From: an uncultured Bacilli bacterium
Lineage (GTDB): Bacteria > Bacillota_I > Bacilli_A > RF39 > UBA660
Length of the DNA stretch: 44,370 nt
Direction of reading: 5' to 3'
NCBI GenBank assembly: GCA_947628745.1
Contig: CANRBB010000003.1
Coordinates: forward strand, 1 to 44,370
Part shown: piece after piece, positions 39,641-44,370 of the stretch
How the letters are laid out: every line of letters begins with the position of its first letter
How positions within the stretch are numbered: position 1 is the first letter of the stretch
The notes under the pieces: model-generated
What the model saw: only the letters and a program-made list of their open reading frames with translations
What the model was told of the DNA's origin: nothing
The model's database searches: none
Made by a program: the position numbers and the translations under genes

Positions 39641-39670
39641 TTTACAATCATAATTTCCTTTTGTTACAAT
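39641..39670 (+). promoter_or_regulatory. prs promoter
   Basis: TTTACA (39641-39646), 18-bp spacer, TG-n-TACAAT (39665-39670). Confidence 0.5.
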
Positions 39671-39747
39671 CGAAGTATAGAAAGGAATTAATCAATCATA
39701 AAATTAACTGAAACATTTAAACAGATTGATTATACAAGTATTTATAT

Positions 39748-40872
39748 ATGAGTAGTTATGAACAAAAATTAAAATTAATAGTATTAAAAAGTGCTTTAGA
39801 ATTAGGTGATAAAATAGATAGTCACCTAGGAAAGTTATACGATACAAGTGAAACCTTTATTGTTCCTTCGCGTGAAACATGGTTTAATGATGGTCACGGT
39901 AAGGTTGAATTAATGGACTCTATTCGTGATAAGGATGTTTATATTTTAACTGATATAGGTAATTATGCAATGGAGTATGAAATGCATGGTTTTATCAATC
40001 ATACCTCACCTAATGACTTGGCAGCTCAATTAAAAGACACAATTGGTGCCTGTAAATGTCATACAGATAGATTATCAATCATCATGCCACTACTATATGC
40101 TGGAAGACAACATAGAAGAATTGGTCGAGAAGCTTTAACCTGTGCCACTTTTCTCCACGAATTAGATAGAGATTCCAGAGTTAATCGTTTAATAACCTTT
40201 GACGCACATGATGAAGGAGTCCAACAAGCTCTATTCCAAACAGAATTTGATAATTTTTTTGCTACTAATGTTATTCTTGAACAATTTATCAACAATACAG
40301 ATATTGAAACTTTAAAAAATATCGTCTTTGTTGCCCCAGACTTTGGTGCTACTGGACGTATGAATTTTTACCTAAACTCATTTAATAGTGAATTCATCAC
40401 TAAAGATGCAGGAAGTTTCTACAAAAGAAGAGACTATAACACTATAATTGATGGTAAAAATCCTATTATAGAACATTCCTATTCAGGAAATGAAAATATC
40501 AAAGGAACAACTGCTATCGTAGTAGATGACATGATAGCATCAGGTGGCTCCATGTTTGATGTTATTGATGAATTGAAGAAAAAAAAAGTAGAACATATTT
40601 ACTTAATAAGCACCTTTTCCTTATTCACTAAGGGTATTGATAAATTTAGAGAATATTACGACAAAAAGATGTTTGATGGGATTTACACAACTAATTTAAG
40701 TTATATTGATGAACAATATAAAAAAGAGGAATGGTTAAACGTTGTAGATTGTTCTGAATATATAGCCAAAATAATATATAATTTAAATCATAGTATGAGT
40801 ATTACAGAACTATTAAGAGACAAGAGTTATCCTTCAAAAATACTTGCTAAAAAATTTAATCAGAATAAATAA
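39748..40872 (+). CDS. prs: Ribose-phosphate pyrophosphokinase (long type)
   Basis: MPLLYAGRQHRR, ITFDAH, VAPDFGA, VVDDMIASGGS PRPP-binding motif. Confidence 0.9.
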   Translation: MSSYEQKLKLIVLKSALELGDKIDSHLGKLYDTSETFIVPSRETWFNDGHGKVELMDSIRDKDVYILTDIGNYAMEYEMHGFINHTSPNDLAAQLKDTIGACKCHTDRLSIIMPLLYAGRQHRRIGREALTCATFLHELDRDSRVNRLITFDAHDEGVQQALFQTEFDNFFATNVILEQFINNTDIETLKNIVFVAPDFGATGRMNFYLNSFNSEFITKDAGSFYKRRDYNTIIDGKNPIIEHSYSGNENIKGTTAIVVDDMIASGGSMFDVIDELKKKKVEHIYLISTFSLFTKGIDKFREYYDKKMFDGIYTTNLSYIDEQYKKEEWLNVVDCSEYIAKIIYNLNHSMSITELLRDKSYPSKILAKKFNQNK

Positions 40873-40874
40873 CT

Positions 40875-40898
40875 AAAGGCAGTTCATTCTGTCTTTTT
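40875..40898 (+). terminator. Intrinsic terminator after prs
   Basis: AAAGGCAG-ttcatt-CTGTCTTTTT. Confidence 0.7.
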
Positions 40899-41094
40899 AT
40901 ATTAAGAATTTATTTAAAGGAATTTATTACATTTCCCTTCAAAGCGTTTAATCGAACAACACATAAAAGATTTAGCACGTCAATAAGTAAAACAGTTGAT
41001 AAATTATGCTATTAAGTAGAGAAGAGTAAATTAAACTCATTATCCAAATTGTAGTGAGCAGACCTTTGCCAACCAATAATTGTTATTTACATTA

Positions 41095-41114
41095 TCCCAT
41101 AATTTCCCATAATT
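41095..41114 (+). promoter_or_regulatory. 10-bp tandem direct repeat, candidate OmpR-family operator
   Basis: TCCCATAATT x2 upstream of TTGACA (41128-41133) and of the response-regulator gene. Confidence 0.55.
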
Positions 41115-41228
41115 GATTGATAATTATTTGACAATTTTTTTCTATACTTAAAATGTAAAAAGGAGGAGATGCCCATAAGGTTAGAAAAAAATATCAAATA
41201 ATGTTATACTACTATTGGTGGTGATAAT

Positions 41229-41885
41229 ATGTACACGATATGTCTAGTTGAAGATGAAAAAAATCTTTCTGATATAGTAAAAGTATATCTAGAAAAGGCT
41301 AACTACAAAGTAATAACTTTCTACAAAGGAGAAGATGCCATCGATTATATTGGCAACAACGTAGATATCTGGATTCTAGATATTATGTTAGCTGATGATG
41401 TTAGCGGATACGATATCATTAAAAAAATAAGAGCACAAGACCAAAGTGTACCCGTTATATTTACATCAGCAAGAGATCAAGAAATAGATAAAATATTAGG
41501 ACTTGAACTAGGAAGCGATGACTATATTACAAAACCCTATTCCAGTAAAGAACTTGTTTTAAGAGTAAATAATATTATTAAAAGAGTTTATAAAAATGAT
41601 GAAAATAAGATAAAGTATGCTTGTTATGAAATAGACTTAGAAAAAAGAACTATTTCCAAAGATAATAAAGAATTAAAGCTTACTACACTAGAATTTAATT
41701 TGCTTGTCTTATTATTACAAAATATTAACAAAGGTTTTTCCAGAGATGAAATTCTTAACCAAATATGGGGAGATGATTATTTTGGAACAGATCGCGTTGT
41801 CGACGATTTAATACGAAGGTTAAGAAAGAAAATGCCTAAATTAAATATCAATGCTATTTATGGATACGGATACAGATTATCATGA
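41229..41885 (+). CDS. cssR: OmpR-family response regulator, CssR-like
   Basis: YTICLVEDE, WILDIML, PVIFTSARD, LGLELGSDDYITKP, DRVVDDLIRRLRKK. Confidence 0.75.
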   Translation: MYTICLVEDEKNLSDIVKVYLEKANYKVITFYKGEDAIDYIGNNVDIWILDIMLADDVSGYDIIKKIRAQDQSVPVIFTSARDQEIDKILGLELGSDDYITKPYSSKELVLRVNNIIKRVYKNDENKIKYACYEIDLEKRTISKDNKELKLTTLEFNLLVLLLQNINKGFSRDEILNQIWGDDYFGTDRVVDDLIRRLRKKMPKLNINAIYGYGYRLS

Positions 41886-43159
41886 CAACCCAAAAACAAA
41901 CTCTCGGTAAACAATTAATTTTAATCATTATCTTAGTTTTCTCAATTGCCTTTATCTGCTTAGGCGTAGTTCTTCCCAAGACACTAATTCCTTTAGCAGA
42001 AAATAATGTTTACAATTATCTTAGTGAACCACTAAAACTTATGCAATCAAACTTTGATAAAGATTTTAAATCGTCAGAAATAGCATATTTATACATCATT
42101 AATGATGTAATATCTCAAAGTGATAACCTAGAAGAAGTAATGGGTTTTGATAAACCCCTTATCATACTTGCCAAAACGAAAGACCACACCTACGGCAAAT
42201 TTACTTATAAACATCACATATACTATTATTATACTGTGAAAACTGCTCAAGTCACCAAAATAGCTTTAACGAATGATAATTATATCAATAAAACAAAAAA
42301 AGAAATATTAAATGCAATTTTACCAATAGTTTTAGGAACTCTTTTCCTCGTAGGACTAATCTTAGTTATTTGGAGTTCTATTATAATATATAAAGTAGAC
42401 AAACTAAAAGCTAAAATAGATAATATTGACAATCCTAAGTATAATCATAAAATAGATTTTAAAGCGGATGATGAATTAAGATCTTTAGAATATGCCATAG
42501 AAGATATGCGTATATCTATAAAAAACCAAGAAGAATATCGCAATCAAATGTATCAAAATATATCACATGATTTTAAAACACCTCTTACTGTCATAAAATC
42601 ATATATAGAAGCTGTTCACGATGAAGTAGAAGACAAAAACAAAGCTTTACAAATAATAGAGGAACAGACCGAAAAATTAGAAACTAAAGTACACTCACTT
42701 CTTTACTTAAATAAATTAGATTATCTTAAAGATAGTAAAATAGAAATTGTAAAGGTAGATATGGAAAAGATTCTAAATGATGAAATAGAAAAATTTAAAT
42801 GGAAAAGAAAGGATATAAGCTTCATTTTAGAATATGATCATAAATCTATGTTTTATGGAACAGTAGAACACTGGGAAACTATTTTAGATAATCTTCTAAA
42901 TAACTTTATGCGATATGCAAATACTACTATTAAGATTACTGTAAAACAAAATAAGTTAATTCTATTTAATGATGGATCAAATATTGATAATGATTTACTT
43001 GAAGGAATTTTTACTCCTTTCCGTAAAGGAATCAAAGGCGAATTTGGTCTAGGTCTATCTATTGTAAAAAAGACTTTATCAATACTTGGATATAATATTT
43101 CTATAAAAAATGAGAAGAAAGGAGTTTCTTTCATAATAATTAGGAACCAAAGTAAATAG
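41882..43159 (+). CDS. cssS: Sensor histidine kinase, CssS-like
   Basis: Two TM segments, HAMP, QNISHDFKTP H-box, NLLNNFMRYA N-box, FGLGLSIV G-box. Confidence 0.72.
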   Translation: MTTQKQTLGKQLILIIILVFSIAFICLGVVLPKTLIPLAENNVYNYLSEPLKLMQSNFDKDFKSSEIAYLYIINDVISQSDNLEEVMGFDKPLIILAKTKDHTYGKFTYKHHIYYYYTVKTAQVTKIALTNDNYINKTKKEILNAILPIVLGTLFLVGLILVIWSSIIIYKVDKLKAKIDNIDNPKYNHKIDFKADDELRSLEYAIEDMRISIKNQEEYRNQMYQNISHDFKTPLTVIKSYIEAVHDEVEDKNKALQIIEEQTEKLETKVHSLLYLNKLDYLKDSKIEIVKVDMEKILNDEIEKFKWKRKDISFILEYDHKSMFYGTVEHWETILDNLLNNFMRYANTTIKITVKQNKLILFNDGSNIDNDLLEGIFTPFRKGIKGEFGLGLSIVKKTLSILGYNISIKNEKKGVSFIIIRNQSK

Positions 43160-43173
43160 TTGGTTTCTTTTTT
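43142..43173 (+). terminator. Intrinsic terminator overlapping the kinase stop codon
   Basis: AGGAACCAA / TTGGTTTCT stem followed by a T run. Confidence 0.55.
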
Positions 43174-43205
43174 CTATTATTGCCGATAATATAAATGGTG
43201 ATAAA

Positions 43206-43994
43206 ATGAAAATACTAATAACAGGAGCTACCTCTGGTATTGCTTATGATACTGCTTTAGAACTTGCCAAACGTGGACATATTATTTATTTATGTTGTCA
43301 TCATCATGAAGAAAAAGAAAATATTATAGCTAAAATAAAACCTTACAATACCAATATTTTTGTTTATAAAGTTGATGTCGTAAATGATGATGATTTAAAA
43401 ATATTAGATACTCTTGAGTATGATATAATTTGGTCACATGCTGGTATTGGGTTAGGTGGAGCACTATTAGCGCTTAAAGAAAATACTCTTGAGCAAAACT
43501 TCAAGGTAAATGTTTTTCAAAATTTAAAGATAATAACTAAAGCTTATAATAATATGATAAAACGAAATATAGCGGGTAAAATATTTGTAACTAGTTCACT
43601 AGCTGGCTACCTAACATTAGAATATCTCGGCTCTTATACATCCAGTAAAATAGCGTTAAGCCAGATATGTTATACTATTCATAAAGAGTTAACTCTAACA
43701 AACAGCAATATATCCCTAACATTAATAGAACCAGGCGCCTATCATACTGGTTTTAATCAAGTAATGATTGATAATAAATTCAAGTATTCAACCGATAATA
43801 ATATTTTTAAAGAGTATCAAGAAGAAGTGACTACCAAACAGCACAACTTATTTAATCTTATTGAAAAGAAGAATTACCATGACCTTATAACAGCTATCAT
43901 AAAAGAAATGGAAAAAGAAAAACCAAAGTTTAGAATTAGAAAGCCTTTAATTCAAAGCATTATGACAAAATTATATCTACTTATTTTTAGATAA
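43206..43994 (+). CDS. Short-chain dehydrogenase/reductase (SDR)
   Basis: ITGATSGIA, HAGIG, SS, YTSSK (YxxxK), IEPG. Confidence 0.88.
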   Translation: MKILITGATSGIAYDTALELAKRGHIIYLCCHHHEEKENIIAKIKPYNTNIFVYKVDVVNDDDLKILDTLEYDIIWSHAGIGLGGALLALKENTLEQNFKVNVFQNLKIITKAYNNMIKRNIAGKIFVTSSLAGYLTLEYLGSYTSSKIALSQICYTIHKELTLTNSNISLTLIEPGAYHTGFNQVMIDNKFKYSTDNNIFKEYQEEVTTKQHNLFNLIEKKNYHDLITAIIKEMEKEKPKFRIRKPLIQSIMTKLYLLIFR

Positions 43995-44298
43995 TGCCCT
44001 AAAATTACTATTATAGTATTACAATAATAGTCCAGATAAATCAGCTATTATTTTAGATACCATATTTTCACGATATGAAAATTTTAAACATTAAGTTGAA
44101 ATTGGATAAAGGAAAAAGATTATTTCAAGTTTTAGATATGCTTACTTGTATTGATAAATATGATTATAAATATAAAAATAGAATATCTTTTACCAAATTT
44201 ATACTAAATATACTTAAAATATAAAAGTTTTTCAAAACTTAAACTTAACATAAAGTTAACCTGCATTAGCCTTGTCAGATTATGGGGATTAGCATGTG

Positions 44299-44356
44299 AA
44301 TTTTAGGTAAAAATGTTACATAGGTTGGTAGTCAATTTTAAGTGAAAATGTTACAT
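44299..44356 (+). repeat. Imperfect 23-bp direct repeat, two copies 35 bp apart
   Basis: AATTTTAGGTAAAAATGTTACAT (44299-44321) vs AATTTTAAGTGAAAATGTTACAT (44334-44356), 21/23 identical. Confidence 0.7.
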
Positions 44357-44370
44357 GTAAAATTGCACAT

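Noticed and set aside
40900-41090. Possible decayed coding sequence after the prs terminator
   Set aside because: Frames are broken by stops and I recognise no motif.
3325-43134. Short ORFs in the track overlapping larger genes (e.g. 3325-3558, 5280-5474, 11546-11779, 24875-25261, 25574-25972, 29987-30181, 40059-40295, 42853-43134)
   Set aside because: Shadows of well-supported genes, without recognisable motifs.
43206-43994. SDR as the DprE2 partner of the UbiA module
   Set aside because: Outside the capsule locus behind a terminator, generic SDR motifs only, and no DprE1 in the window.
44075-44224. 49-aa + strand ORF (MKILNIKLKLDKG...)
   Set aside because: No RBS and no recognisable motif.

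Overview
AT-rich chromosomal window from a low-GC Firmicute (Bacilli-like; most consistent with uncultured gut Bacilli, which is inference). Almost everything is on the + strand. Left flank (1-8.3 kb): housekeeping genes queH, murC, yebC and ruvA-ruvB-queA, interleaved with an orphan kinase-fold gene, a DUF192-like gene and an orphan HEXXH protein. Centre (8.3-39.5 kb): a mosaic Wzx/Wzy capsule/EPS locus with two LCP proteins, CpsC/D/B, a priming transferase, GT4/GT32 glycosyltransferases, Wzy, Wzx and VanZ. Its tailoring set is unusually rich: (i) a UbiA-type polyprenyl-phosphate phosphoribosyltransferase, a HAD phosphatase and a distant GT-C transferase (candidate lipid-linked ribofuranose route, with prs just downstream of the locus); (ii) a radical SAM/SPASM-type enzyme directly after a GT4 pair; (iii) a BcbE/F/G-like kinase-phosphatase-nucleotidyltransferase trio plus WavE (candidate activated-ketose pathway); (iv) a sulfotransferase-fold protein; (v) four acylation systems, one split by a G9 tract and one decayed. 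A self-contained DUF262 + HEPN two-gene cassette (putative anti-phage system) sits in the middle of the locus. Features absent from the ORF track: a 40-aa antisense membrane peptide with an ATT start, a CTG-started full-length VanZ, a 13-bp tandem repeat abutting the glycosyltransferase-operon promoter and a three-way-junction element. Right flank: prs, a CssR/CssS-like two-component system and an SDR. I saw no rRNA, tRNA, CRISPR array, transposase or integrase. All calls come from motifs read by eye; no searches were run.
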